Assembly (NCBI GenBank): GCA_963775425.1
Contig: CAVZJB010000016.1
Location: 160,001 to 224,000 of the forward strand
Reading direction: 5' to 3'
Length of the DNA stretch: 64,000 nt
DNA from: an uncultured delta proteobacterium
Lineage (GTDB): Bacteria; Myxococcota; UBA727; VGSZ01
This document shows positions 10,310 to 20,172 of this stretch, piece by piece. The notes under the pieces were generated by a model. That model saw only the letters and a list, made by a program, of their open reading frames with translations. It was not told the origin of the DNA and made no database searches. Position 1 is the stretch's first letter. Every line of letters starts with the position of its first letter. Made by a program: the position numbers and the translations under genes.

Positions 10310-11389
10310 ATGCCGTGGTCGACACCCGCTCGCCGCCCCCCCGTCAGCGCGCTCGCCGTCGTCGCTCTCGCCGCCCTCGCCGTCGCGGGATGCCAGAAGC
10401 GGCCCGCCGACTGCGAGCTCGCCCCCGCGCTCGCCACGCTCGATAAGGCCGCCACCGGGGGCCTCGCGAAGAAGGCCGTGGCGGAGGCGGACGCCCTCGC
10501 CAACAGGGCCCTCGACGACGCCAACGCGCAGGACAGCCGCCCCGGCTTCCTGCGCCGCTACGACGGCGCCCTGTGCCTGAAGGCGAAGGCCAAGCTCGCC
10601 GACGCCCAGCGCGCCGTGGAGCGGGCGGACAAGGCCAAGGCTCCCGTCGAAGCGTCCTTCAAGGAGGCGCGGGCGTCGCTCGACGACGCGCTCAAGCACG
10701 TCGAGGCCGGCATCGAGTGGCTCGACGCGATGCCGCCGCCGCCGGGCGCGGGCCCCAAGGACGCCGCCGGCCCGCGCGACCTCGTAGGCGAGTCGCGCGC
10801 CCTGCAGCAGGCGGTGAAGAACGACGAGGATCGCATCGAGCGCGCCGCCCACGACGCCGAGCTTGCCGGGTGGGACGTGCCGCCGGAGATCGCGATGGCG
10901 CTGTCGCGGGACGCCGACAGGCGCCTGCCGGTGGCCAAGGACATCGAGAAAAACGCCAAGAAGGCCGCGCTCGATCGCTGCCACGAGAAGCGCACCGACG
11001 TCACCGGGATCCGTCTCGCGGAGCCGTTCGTGGTGATGACCGCGCCGAACGCCACCCTCGTGTTCAGGAAGGACACCGACGGCAAGTGCCACCCGGTGCA
11101 CGTCGAAAAGCGCGCCCTCGACGTCGGCACGCTGCGCGTGTGGAAGATCGTGCGCCCGCGCGTGGAGCCGGTGCTCGTCGGCTGGACGCCGAAGCGCGCG
11201 TGGTTCGTGACCGTCGACGGCGGCTTCGCGTCGTTCGCGCACACCGCGCGCACGCCGTGCAAAGCCGGCGGCACCTGCGACGCTCCGAAGCTCGGCGAGT
11301 CCGTCGAAGCCACGTGCACCTGCGGCGACGGCAGCCGCTTCACCGCCCGCTACGCGTGGGACGGCCACGCCCCGTTTCCCGAACCGTAA
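10310..11389 (+). CDS. Hypothetical lipoprotein
   Basis: Lipobox LAVAGC; helical N-half, Cys-containing beta C-half; genome-typical codon usage. Confidence 0.6.
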   Translation: MPWSTPARRPPVSALAVVALAALAVAGCQKRPADCELAPALATLDKAATGGLAKKAVAEADALANRALDDANAQDSRPGFLRRYDGALCLKAKAKLADAQRAVERADKAKAPVEASFKEARASLDDALKHVEAGIEWLDAMPPPPGAGPKDAAGPRDLVGESRALQQAVKNDEDRIERAAHDAELAGWDVPPEIAMALSRDADRRLPVAKDIEKNAKKAALDRCHEKRTDVTGIRLAEPFVVMTAPNATLVFRKDTDGKCHPVHVEKRALDVGTLRVWKIVRPRVEPVLVGWTPKRAWFVTVDGGFASFAHTARTPCKAGGTCDAPKLGESVEATCTCGDGSRFTARYAWDGHAPFPEP

Positions 11390-11471
11390 GGCTCGCCCGC
11401 GCCGCGCGAAACGCCGGCGCCCGCACGACGACGGTGGTTGCGCCGCGCGGCGTGGGCCGCGATCAGGACGC

Positions 11472-11852
11472 ATGCCGTGGTCGAAGCTCGCCCGCCGCCT
11501 GCGCGCCCGCGAACAGAAGCTCGCCGCCCGGTCCTCGACGGTGGACCGGCGCGTCGTCGCCCGCGCGCGGTTTTCGATGTGGCTCGTCGACGTCGCCCGC
11601 GTCGCCGTCGTGCTCGCCGTGGTCCTCGCGTGTGTGCGCGCCGGCGGCTTGTCCCCCATCGTCTCCGTCGGCGCAGGGCTCGCCGCGTACGCGATCGCCA
11701 GCCTCCCTCGCATGGCCGCCTGCGACGCCATCCTCGGCCGCGCGCTCGCCACAATCTCCCCGCGCACCGCCGCGTCCCTCGCGTCCGCCGGCGCTTCGCC
11801 CATCCCCGGCCCCGTCGATCGCGACGCCGTCGACTTCGACGACGCGGCCTGA
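11472..11852 (+). CDS. Small hypothetical membrane protein
   Basis: Two hydrophobic segments; shares upstream motif and MPWS start with the preceding gene. Confidence 0.5.
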   Translation: MPWSKLARRLRAREQKLAARSSTVDRRVVARARFSMWLVDVARVAVVLAVVLACVRAGGLSPIVSVGAGLAAYAIASLPRMAACDAILGRALATISPRTAASLASAGASPIPGPVDRDAVDFDDAA

Positions 11853-11905
11853 TCCCGCCGCGCGCCCGCGCGGTCGCCCGGCGCAGGGCTCGGCGCGCGC
11901 AGGGC

Positions 11906-12985
11906 TCAGCGCACGCCGGGCGCGTGGGGCAGGTCGGGGCGGGCGGCGCCTTTGCTCAACAGCGCAAAGCCGATCATCTTGTAGAGCAGCCGGGCGCCGA
12001 CGTTGCCGTCCCAGGACGAAGCGAGCGCGTCGTCGGACAGGGCGGGGTCGGGCGCGACCTCGACGAGGTCCATGCCCACGATGCGCTTGCCCGCGGCGAC
12101 GACGGCGTCGAGGAGCGCGACGATCTCGTCGAAGGACAGGCCGCCCGGCACGGGCGTCCCCGTGTGCGGGCACAGGCCCGGGTCGAGCCCGTCGATGTCG
12201 AAGCTCAGGTAGATGTTCTCGGGGAGCTCGTTGGCGATGGCGCGGCACACCGTGGCCCAGTCGCCGCGCTGCCGCGCAGCCCGCAGGTGCGCGTCGAAGT
12301 ATGTGGTCACGCGCCCCGGCTGCGCCTTGATGAAGTCGAGCTCGCTCTCGCAGAAGTCGCGGATCCCGACCTGGACGAGCCGCACGAGCGGCATGCGGTC
12401 CATCACGTTTCGCATGATGGACGCGTGCGACCACGTGAAGCCCTCGTACGCCGGCCGCAGGTCGGCGTGCGCGTCGAGATGCAACACGCCGAGGGGGCGC
12501 TCCCCGACGTGCGCGGCGCAGGCGGCGATGGCCCCGTAGGGCACCGAATGATCGCCGCCGACGACGACGGGGATCTTGTTGTCGCGCAGCAGCGCGCTCG
12601 CCCGCTCCGTCAGCTCCTTGTTGATCGCGGCGCCCGCCTCGTCGACGAGCGCGCGATCCGCCGCCGGCGCTTCGCGCCCCGCCACGACGGCCTCCATGCA
12701 CCGCTGCGCCGCCGCCCGCGCCGCGGCGTTCTTGTCCCGCGCGGCCGCCACCGGCGCGGCGAGCGCGATGCCCGCCTCGTATGGGCGTCCGACGTCCGCG
12801 TCGAGCAGGTCCACCTGGCGGCTGGCGGCGAGCAGCGCCGCGGGCCCCCGCGCCGTCCCCGCGCTGTATGAGACCGTGGCCTCGAAGGGCACGGGCACAA
12901 TCACCACGAGCGCGTCTGCGATCGGTGTCACAAGCCCGTACATTTCCGAATCGGGCGACGAGGGGGCGTTTACGTCGAGCGTCAT
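11906..12985 (-). CDS. speB: Agmatinase (ureohydrolase family)
   Basis: GGDHS, DAHADL, SHAS, SFDIDGLDP, TGTPVPGG; speA nearby. Confidence 0.88.
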   Translation of the reverse strand: MTLDVNAPSSPDSEMYGLVTPIADALVVIVPVPFEATVSYSAGTARGPAALLAASRQVDLLDADVGRPYEAGIALAAPVAAARDKNAAARAAAQRCMEAVVAGREAPAADRALVDEAGAAINKELTERASALLRDNKIPVVVGGDHSVPYGAIAACAAHVGERPLGVLHLDAHADLRPAYEGFTWSHASIMRNVMDRMPLVRLVQVGIRDFCESELDFIKAQPGRVTTYFDAHLRAARQRGDWATVCRAIANELPENIYLSFDIDGLDPGLCPHTGTPVPGGLSFDEIVALLDAVVAAGKRIVGMDLVEVAPDPALSDDALASSWDGNVGARLLYKMIGFALLSKGAARPDLPHAPGVR

Positions 12986-13076
12986 CAGATCCCCCCATGA
13001 CACGTCGTTCGCGCCATGGAAACGTTCACCCCGTCATGACGGTCCGCACGCCCATCCTCGCTGCGCTGGTCGGCCC

Positions 13077-13853
13077 ATGAGCCCCGAGGCCTCGGAGCAC
13101 CGAACCTCCTTCTGGGAGAACGACGACGCGTGGCAGGTGACCTGGCCCGCGGCCATCGCGTTCGCGATGCTGTTTCACGGCGTCGCGTTCGTGATGAGCG
13201 AGAAGGCGCCCCAGCAGGTGCACAACGTCCCGATCACCATGGCCATCGCCATGCCGCCGCCGCCGCCCCCGCCGCCGCCGCCGCCGGAGCCGCCGCCGCC
13301 CCCGCCGCCCAAGAAGAAGCCGCCGCCGCCGCCCAAGGTGAAGGAGCTGCCGCCGCCGCCCAACGAGACGCCGCCGCCGGACCCGACGCCCGTCGAAGAG
13401 GTGAAGCCGGTGACGGGCGTGACCAAGGAGTCGGTGGTCGCCGCCAACAACGGCGGACCGCAGGTGCGCGTGGGCAACACCACCTACGGCGACCCCGACA
13501 AGGAGAAGCTCACGCCGCCGCCCCAGGTGCAAGAGCCGGTGCTGCAGCCCTTCGACCTGGCCGGCTACCGACAGAGCGTCTACCAGACCATGAACCACGA
13601 GAAGCGTTACCCCCGGCGCGCGCGCGTGCTCGGCCTCGAGGGCAAGTGCCTGGTCACGCTCATCATCAACCGCGACGGCTCGCTCGCGCGCCCGCCGCGC
13701 CTGTTGAAGGGCACCGGCCACGACGCGCTCGACGCAGAGTGTCTGCGCATGGCCAAGGCGCACGCCTTTCCGCCCATCGTCGGCGACGTCGAGACGCCCT
13801 TCAGGATGACGCAGGCCATTGCCTTCAGCCTGCTCGACGGCGACCGCTACTGA
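13077..13853 (+). CDS. TonB family energy transducer
   Basis: N-terminal TM with His, poly-Pro linker, YPRRARVLGLEG..GHDALD TonB_C motif. Confidence 0.85.
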   Translation: MSPEASEHRTSFWENDDAWQVTWPAAIAFAMLFHGVAFVMSEKAPQQVHNVPITMAIAMPPPPPPPPPPPEPPPPPPPKKKPPPPPKVKELPPPPNETPPPDPTPVEEVKPVTGVTKESVVAANNGGPQVRVGNTTYGDPDKEKLTPPPQVQEPVLQPFDLAGYRQSVYQTMNHEKRYPRRARVLGLEGKCLVTLIINRDGSLARPPRLLKGTGHDALDAECLRMAKAHAFPPIVGDVETPFRMTQAIAFSLLDGDRY

Positions 13854-13901
13854 CGCGGCGCGCTCGCTGCGCCGCCTGCACCGGCCGGCTACACTCACGC
13901 G

Positions 13902-14462
13902 GTGTGCCGGGCGGCCCTCCTCCTCGTCGTTTTTGCGGTCGCCGCATGCGCGTGCGCGGAAGACGTCAACCTGCGCGTCGAGGCGCCGCACACGCAGGTG
14001 CTCCTGAACGGCACCGACATCGGCGCCGTCCCCGACGAGGGCGCCAACGTCGCCATCCGCCCCGCGATGACCCCGCTGCGCTACGAGGTGCGCGACGGCG
14101 GCAGGAGCGTCGTCGGCGAGATCCCGCGGACGGAGCCCGTGTGGTGGCTCGTCGCCGCGGGCGTCGCGGGCGCCGCGTGCGGCGCGCCCGCCCTCGCCGC
14201 CGCCGGCTTCTGCATCGCCAACCCCGCCGTCCTCGGGGCGCCGCTCGTCTTCGCGCTCACCGGCGACGTGTCGGCGCTGACGGCGTCGTGCGTGGCGCCG
14301 TCGTGGTTGACGCTGCCGCTTTCGACGTCGTGCGGCGCGGTGGGCCTCGCGCCGCTCGGCCTCGCGTTCATGGCGGAGAACGTGCCGCCGAAGGTCGTCA
14401 TCCAGGCGGCCGCGCTCAGCTCGCCCCAGGCGGCGAGCAGCCGCGGGGGCGTGAGGTACTGA
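13902..14462 (+). CDS. Hypothetical exported/membrane protein
   Basis: Signal/lipobox-like N-terminus, short PEGA-like beta segment, hydrophobic C-half; TGATG overlap with next gene. Confidence 0.55.
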   Translation: MCRAALLLVVFAVAACACAEDVNLRVEAPHTQVLLNGTDIGAVPDEGANVAIRPAMTPLRYEVRDGGRSVVGEIPRTEPVWWLVAAGVAGAACGAPALAAAGFCIANPAVLGAPLVFALTGDVSALTASCVAPSWLTLPLSTSCGAVGLAPLGLAFMAENVPPKVVIQAAALSSPQAASSRGGVRY

Positions 14463-15727
14463 TGCGCGCGCCCGCCCTCGCCGTCGTCGCCGTCCTCGTC
14501 CCGGTCCTCGCCGTCGGGTGGGTGGGGTGCGCCCCGTCGGGGCCCGTGGTCGTCGAGGCGCTCGTCGCGGACCCGTCCGCCGACGACGGCGTCCGCCTCG
14601 ACGACGTCGAGCTCACCACCCTGCTCGACATCAACACGGGGAGGGGCTCGCTGTTCGACGCCCGCGGCGGCCTGCAGATGGCGGGGCTCACCGTGAGCGA
14701 CTCCGCCAAGGCCGACGACAGCTTCACCGTCATGCGCGACAAGACGCGCGGCGACGGCGGCAGCTCCATGGCGCCGAACATGAGCTTCGACGGCACGCGC
14801 TACGTCGCCGAGGACCTCGACACGCTCACGTACTTCACGGCGTGGCACGCGCTCGAGCAGGCGTGGCTGTTCGCGCGCGACGACCTGAAGGACACGTCGC
14901 CGGCGGTGAAGGAGCACTCGTTGCTCGGCATCAACTCGTCGGTGGTGGCCGCGGACCTCCTGCCGCTGCCCATCCTCACCGCCGACAACGCCGCCTACGC
15001 CGCTCCCCTCGACGCCTGGCTGACGCTGCGGGCGGTGACGCAGGACGGGGTGCCGTTCGCCATGGCGCTGCCCGTCATCGCGCACGAGTTCCACCACCGC
15101 GTCTTTCACAGGAACGTGTTCGCGAGCGACGCCGCCTTCGAGGTCTGGAAGAGCCGCGTGCTCGACCAGACGCAGCCGCAGCGCACGGCCACGCGCATCC
15201 TCCAGGGCGTCGACGAGGGCCTCGCCAATCTCTACTCGCTCGCCGCCACCGGCGACCCCGACGGCTTGAAGCGCACCTTCACCCTCGCCGGCGGCCGCTT
15301 CGTCGCCGAGGGCGAGCGCCGCGCGCTCGACGGCGAATTCGCCGACGCCGCGACGTACGACGGGCTGAGAACGAACACCCTCGACGCCAAGTTCCTGCGC
15401 GCGTGCAACTCCGCGGGCAGCGACGACCTCTTCGCCGAGGACGGCTTCAACTTCTACTGCCTCGGCACCGTGCTCGCGCGAGCCCTGTGGGACGGCAGCG
15501 ACAACGACATCGCCACCCTGCGCGCCGACGTGCTCCCGGCCGTGGACCGCGCGCTCCCCCGCGTGGGCGACACGCTCGCCGCGGGGACGCTCTTCGACGT
15601 CGACGTGCTCCTCGCCCCGCTGGTCGACGAGCTGCCGCCCGGCGCTCGCCGCGACGCGGTCTGCGCCCGCCTCGAGGAGCGCTTCACGAGCGTCCTCGAC
15701 GCCGGCAAGGTCCCCGGGTGCCTCTGA
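14462..15727 (+). CDS. Lipoprotein, putative gluzincin-type zinc metallopeptidase
   Basis: Lipobox WVGC; DNAAY; AHEFHH; downstream DEGLAN third-ligand motif. Confidence 0.7.
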   Translation: MRAPALAVVAVLVPVLAVGWVGCAPSGPVVVEALVADPSADDGVRLDDVELTTLLDINTGRGSLFDARGGLQMAGLTVSDSAKADDSFTVMRDKTRGDGGSSMAPNMSFDGTRYVAEDLDTLTYFTAWHALEQAWLFARDDLKDTSPAVKEHSLLGINSSVVAADLLPLPILTADNAAYAAPLDAWLTLRAVTQDGVPFAMALPVIAHEFHHRVFHRNVFASDAAFEVWKSRVLDQTQPQRTATRILQGVDEGLANLYSLAATGDPDGLKRTFTLAGGRFVAEGERRALDGEFADAATYDGLRTNTLDAKFLRACNSAGSDDLFAEDGFNFYCLGTVLARALWDGSDNDIATLRADVLPAVDRALPRVGDTLAAGTLFDVDVLLAPLVDELPPGARRDAVCARLEERFTSVLDAGKVPGCL

Positions 15728-16353
15728 CGCGGCCCTCGACGCCCGCCGGGCGGGGCCCTCCGCGCGTCGTCGGCCTCCTCGCGGTGCTCCTGACGTCGAC
15801 GGCGTCGTCGTCGGCGGCGGCGGCGGCGCCCGCGCCGACGACGGAGCGCGCGCCGGCGGTCGAAGGCTTCACCCTCGAGGTGCCGCTGGTGCTCACGGCG
15901 AGCGCGCCCGCGTCGAACGTGGGGACCTCGCTGGTGCCCTGGCTCTCCGTGCGCGCCGGGGCGCTGTTCCCGCTCGCGCCGGGCGGCTCCGCGTGGGGCT
16001 TCGACGTCGCGCTCCTCGGCTCGTGGGCGCGCGACGGCACCAACGCGGTCGCCGCCACCCGCGCGCTGCTCGCCGTGGAGGGCAGGGGCCTCGTGTCACC
16101 GGGGCGGCTGTCGTCGACGTACTCGGCTTTCGTCCCCTACGGCTTCGTGGGGCTGCTCGGCGGCGGCGGCGTCGTCGACATCGAGGCGTTCAAGGACAGC
16201 CGCGTCGGCGCGCTCGGCACCTGGGGCGCGCGCGCCGGCGCCGGCGGCCGCGTGGAGATCCACCAGGTGACGACGACGCTCGAGCTCGCCGCCGGCGTCC
16301 GCGATCTCAAGCTCGAGGTGTCGTCGTCGTTCGCGATCGGCGTCCGTTTCTAA
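15724..16353 (+). CDS. Putative small outer-membrane beta-barrel protein; start uncertain (CTG 15724 or GTG 15784)
   Basis: Signal-like segment, amphipathic beta strands, C-terminal AIGVRF with terminal Phe. Confidence 0.55.
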   Translation: MTRPSTPAGRGPPRVVGLLAVLLTSTASSSAAAAAPAPTTERAPAVEGFTLEVPLVLTASAPASNVGTSLVPWLSVRAGALFPLAPGGSAWGFDVALLGSWARDGTNAVAATRALLAVEGRGLVSPGRLSSTYSAFVPYGFVGLLGGGGVVDIEAFKDSRVGALGTWGARAGAGGRVEIHQVTTTLELAAGVRDLKLEVSSSFAIGVRF

Positions 16354-16384
16354 CGGCCGCGCCGACGCTCCCTCCGGTCGCTGA

Positions 16385-16986
16385 TCAGGGTGACGGACGC
16401 GCGCGCCGGGCGGGGCCGCGCGTCGACAGCGTGCGCTCGACCATCGCGCGGAAGGGGACGAGGAGCGCCTCGGCGACGGCGGGGCCCTCGAGGATCTCGA
16501 GGGCGCGCGCGATCGCCTCGAGCGTCGCGAGCCCCCCGGGCGCCGCTCGGCGCGCAGCAGGTACCCGGTGGGCGGGCCCGCCGGGAGCACGGCGCACGGC
16601 AGCCCCGACAGCCCGGGGACGCGCGCGGGCATCTTGCGCGTCTGGCGCCAGGTGCCGTCGGGCACCACCAGCGTGACCGGGCCGGGCCCCGCAGCCGCGC
16701 CCTCGAGCGGGACGGCGCCGGCGGCGGGGAACAGCAGCAGCGGGCGCTCCCCGGGGCCGAAGGTCACCGTCGCGCGCGGGCCGTCGCCGACGCGGTGGAC
16801 GGCGCTGTTCACGAGGCAGCGCGCCGCCAGCAGGCCGGTGTTCGTGGTCTTCTTCAGCTCGTCTTCGTGGATCACGAGCACCAGGCGGGTCGGCGTCTCG
16901 ATGCGCGGCACCAGGGCGCAGATGCAGCCGTCGTCGAGCATCTTGCACGCGACGCAGCGGCGGTGGCCGTTTTCCCGCCGGCTCAC
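16385..16986 (-). pseudogene. DTW-domain tRNA-uridine aminocarboxypropyltransferase, frameshifted near 16532-16540
   Basis: CVAC..CIC, IHEDE..TTNTG, LLFP, DGTW in one frame; LATLEAIARALEILEG in the -1 frame; junction at CCCGGGGGG. Confidence 0.85.
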
Positions 16987-17030
16987 GGCGCTTGCCTTGG
17001 CGACGTCGCCGCGATACCCGTCTGCACAGC

Positions 17031-17104
17031 GGTGCTGTGCCCGAGTGGCCAGGGAGCGGTCTGCAAAACCGCGTACGCCGGTTCGATTCCGGCCAGCACC
17101 TCCA
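17031..17104 (+). tRNA. tRNA-Cys(GCA)
   Basis: Acceptor GGTGCTG/CAGCACC, anticodon arm GCGGT-CTGCAAA-ACCGC, T arm GCCGG-TTCGATT-CCGGC, U73, encoded CCA. Confidence 0.97.
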
Positions 17105-17154
17105 CCATCCCATCGATCTAGCAGCAGGCGCGCGCCTCTGATACGCGCCCGCTG

Positions 17155-18243
17155 ATGAGCCCCATTCGCATCGCGGTCGTCCCCGGGGACGGCATCGGCA
17201 AAGAGGTCGTCGCCGAGGGGGAGAAGCTCCTCGAGCTCGTCGACGCCAAGCTGGATCTCGGCCTCGTCCTCGAGCGCAAGGACTGGGGCGCCGAGCGCTG
17301 GCTCAAGGACAAGGTGGGCCTGCCCAAGGGCGCCCTCGACGAGCTGCGCGCCACCACCCGCGCCGTGTACTTCGGCGCCCTCGGCGACCCGCGCGTCCCC
17401 GACATGGCCCACGGCCGCGAGATCCTCCTCGGCATGCGCCAGGGGCTCGACCTGTACGCCAACTTCCGCCCCGTGAAGTGTCCCCACGAACGCATGTCGC
17501 CGCTGAAGGGCAAGGGCCCCAAGGAGATCGACATGCTCGTGTTCCGCGAGAACACCGAGGACATGTACGTCTCCGTCGGCGGCACCTTCAAGCAGGACAC
17601 CGCCGACGAGGTGGCCCAGGACGTCAGCGTCAACACGCGCAAGGGCGTCGAGCGCATCTTGCGCTACGCGTTCGAGGTCGCGCGAAGCCGCCCGCGCCAC
17701 GACGGCGTGAAGCGCGTGACGATGACCGACAAGCACAACGCCATCCGCTTCGGCGGCGGGCTGTGGAAGCGCACCTTCGAGGCGGTGAAGAAGGACTTCC
17801 CCGACGTCGAGACCGATCACCTGTTCGTCGACGTCTGCGCCATGGAGATGGTGCGAAAGCCGGAGCGCTTCCACGTGGTCGTCGCCAACAACCTCTTCGG
17901 CGACATCCTCACCGATCTCGGCGCCGCGCTCATGGGCGGCCTCGGCCTGGCGGCGTCGGCCAACGTGAACCCCGGAAAGATCGGCCTGTTCGAGCCGGTG
18001 CACGGAAGCGCGCCCGACATCGCGGGCAAGGGCATCGCCAACCCGCTGGCGGCGTTTTCGACGGCGGCGCTGCTCCTCGACTTCGTGGCGCCCACAAAGG
18101 CGGGCGGCGCCGTGAAGGCCATCGACGCCGCCGTCGCCGCCTGCGTCGCCGACGGCCCGCACACGCCGGACCTCGGCGGCGACGCCACCACGGCGGCCGT
18201 GACGGAATTCGTCCTCGACCGCGTGCGCGCGGCGTTCGCATGA
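17155..18243 (+). CDS. Isocitrate/isopropylmalate/tartrate dehydrogenase family protein
   Basis: PGDGIGKEV, LDLYANFRP, RENTED, NLFGDILTD, FEPVHGSAPDIAGKGIANP. Confidence 0.92.
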   Translation: MSPIRIAVVPGDGIGKEVVAEGEKLLELVDAKLDLGLVLERKDWGAERWLKDKVGLPKGALDELRATTRAVYFGALGDPRVPDMAHGREILLGMRQGLDLYANFRPVKCPHERMSPLKGKGPKEIDMLVFRENTEDMYVSVGGTFKQDTADEVAQDVSVNTRKGVERILRYAFEVARSRPRHDGVKRVTMTDKHNAIRFGGGLWKRTFEAVKKDFPDVETDHLFVDVCAMEMVRKPERFHVVVANNLFGDILTDLGAALMGGLGLAASANVNPGKIGLFEPVHGSAPDIAGKGIANPLAAFSTAALLLDFVAPTKAGGAVKAIDAAVAACVADGPHTPDLGGDATTAAVTEFVLDRVRAAFA

Positions 18244-18268
18244 AGACAGCGGCGCTAGACTCGCTTTC

Positions 18269-19384
18269 ATGAACGGGGCCGTGGAGCGCACCACCGGGAA
18301 GGCGCCGTCGGCGGCGCCGGTAGGGACGCCGGCGCTGCAGGCGCGCCCTGCGCCGCCGCCGGATCCCGAGGAGCGCGACGCCCGGCGCCGCTTCGCGTTT
18401 CGCGCGAGCGCCGTCCTCATCGCCGCCGGCGTCGTCGCGTTCGGGGTCGCGCTGGCCGTCGTCGCGCCGCGCGGCCAGGCGGCGGCGCGCCGGGGCGTCG
18501 CCGTCTTGGTCGACGTCCCCGTGCGCGCCGACATGCGCGCGGCCCGGGCCGCGGCGATCCTCCAGGCGGCGGCGCGTGCGCCGGACCGCCTGCCGCTCCT
18601 GCTGCTCGAGCCGCGCACCGTCGACGAGATCACCACCGGCGACCGGCCGCTCGAAGCGGAGCGCCTGACGAACGACGGGGGCGTCCGCCGCTTCGAGGCG
18701 AACGTCGACGTCGACGCCGTCGCCGCTCGGCTGTGTGCGCGCGTCGCGGCGAACCACGACGCCACCCTGCAGGTCGCCCTCGCCGACGGCGGGGGCGCAC
18801 CCGACGCCGGCGACCGCCTGGCGCGCGCGTTGGCCGACGCGTGCATCCGCGCCTCCGCCGTCACGGCGACGCCGCGCGAGGGCGAGATCGGAGCGGGCGA
18901 GCGGCGCGTGCCCGGCAATCCCCTCCGTCGCTCGACGCAGGCGCGGTGGCTCGTCGAGGGGACCGTGGCGCGCGACGCCTCCGGCGAGCTCCGCGGCGCC
19001 TTGCGCCTGCGCGAGGTCGTGCCCGACCGCGCCGTCGACGTCGTCTCCGCCCGCACCGGCGTCGGCGACGCCGCCGCCATCGTGGCCTGGCGCGACGCCT
19101 TCGTGCACGCCATCGCGGCCTCGTGGCGCCCGCGGCCCTTCACGATCACAATCAAAGGCCTGCACGGAGACGACGACGCCGGCGTGGGCGACGCGCTCCG
19201 CGGGCTCGCCGTCCTTTCGGAGGTCCGCCCGCTGCCCGGTCGCGACGGCGCCGCCGCCTTCGACGTCGTGTCCTTCGCCGATCACGAGACGCTCGCGGAC
19301 GCGATCGACGGTGTGCACGCCGGTGCCGGCGCCATCGTGGTGCTCGAGGTGTGGGACGGCAACATCGTCGGCCGGCTGCGGTGA
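18269..19384 (+). CDS. Hypothetical membrane-anchored protein
   Basis: One TM helix near the N-terminus; fits between flanking genes; TAGACT 7 nt upstream of ATG. Confidence 0.55.
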   Translation: MNGAVERTTGKAPSAAPVGTPALQARPAPPPDPEERDARRRFAFRASAVLIAAGVVAFGVALAVVAPRGQAAARRGVAVLVDVPVRADMRAARAAAILQAAARAPDRLPLLLLEPRTVDEITTGDRPLEAERLTNDGGVRRFEANVDVDAVAARLCARVAANHDATLQVALADGGGAPDAGDRLARALADACIRASAVTATPREGEIGAGERRVPGNPLRRSTQARWLVEGTVARDASGELRGALRLREVVPDRAVDVVSARTGVGDAAAIVAWRDAFVHAIAASWRPRPFTITIKGLHGDDDAGVGDALRGLAVLSEVRPLPGRDGAAAFDVVSFADHETLADAIDGVHAGAGAIVVLEVWDGNIVGRLR

Positions 19385-19457
19385 TTTCTCCGCGCCGGCC
19401 GACGGCGCGCGATCCGTCCTGACGAGACGCGGCGAGGCCGCTAGGATAGCCGAGCCC

Positions 19458-20156
19458 ATGGACGCCTCGTTCATCCAACGCCTCGTGTTCAACGAGGTGA
19501 CCATCCTCATCCCGCTCATCCTCGCCATCGCGGTGCACGAGTGGGCCCACGTCGCCATGGCGCGCTTCCTCGGCGACAGCACCGGCACGGCGATGGGCCG
19601 GTTCACGCTGAACCCCCTCGTGCACATCGACCCGGTGTGGACGCTGCTCGTACCGGCGGTCTTCGTCTTCATGCAGACCGGCGCCACGTTCCCGGTGCCC
19701 TTCTTCGGCGCCGGGCGCCCGGCGCCCTACAACCCCGTGAAGCTCGACCGGAAATTCCGCGGCAAGCGCGTCAGCATGCGCACGGGCTCCGCGCTCGTCG
19801 CCGCCGCGGGGCCGGCGTCCAACGTCGTGCTCGCCGCGCTCGCCGTCGTCGCCGTGGTGGCGCTGAACCAGGCGGGCATGTCCGTCTACGCGCCGCACTC
19901 TGCGGCGTCGCTCCTGTTTCGCTTCGCCCTCTTGAACATCGGGCTCGCCATCTTCAACATGATCCCCATCCCGCCGCTCGACGGGAGCAAGGTGCTCGAG
20001 GGCGTGCTCCCGCGGGCCGTGGCGGATCGCTACGCCGTGATCGCCCAGCAACTGTCGTGGGTCCTCCTCATCGCCCTCTTCGCCGGCGGAGCGCGCTACG
20101 TCCTGGCGCCGATCCAGGGCTTCGTCATCGACCTGTTGCTCCTCGTCGTTCGCTGA
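19458..20156 (+). CDS. Site-2 protease family (M50) protein
   Basis: HEWAH, TLNPLVHIDP, AGPASN, FNMIPIPPLDG. Confidence 0.93.
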   Translation: MDASFIQRLVFNEVTILIPLILAIAVHEWAHVAMARFLGDSTGTAMGRFTLNPLVHIDPVWTLLVPAVFVFMQTGATFPVPFFGAGRPAPYNPVKLDRKFRGKRVSMRTGSALVAAAGPASNVVLAALAVVAVVALNQAGMSVYAPHSAASLLFRFALLNIGLAIFNMIPIPPLDGSKVLEGVLPRAVADRYAVIAQQLSWVLLIALFAGGARYVLAPIQGFVIDLLLLVVR

Positions 20157-20172
20157 AATACCCCCTGACCCG

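Noticed and set aside
17155-18243. Calling this gene leuB
   Set aside because: Family is clear, but substrate specificity cannot be read by eye and no other leu biosynthesis genes are adjacent
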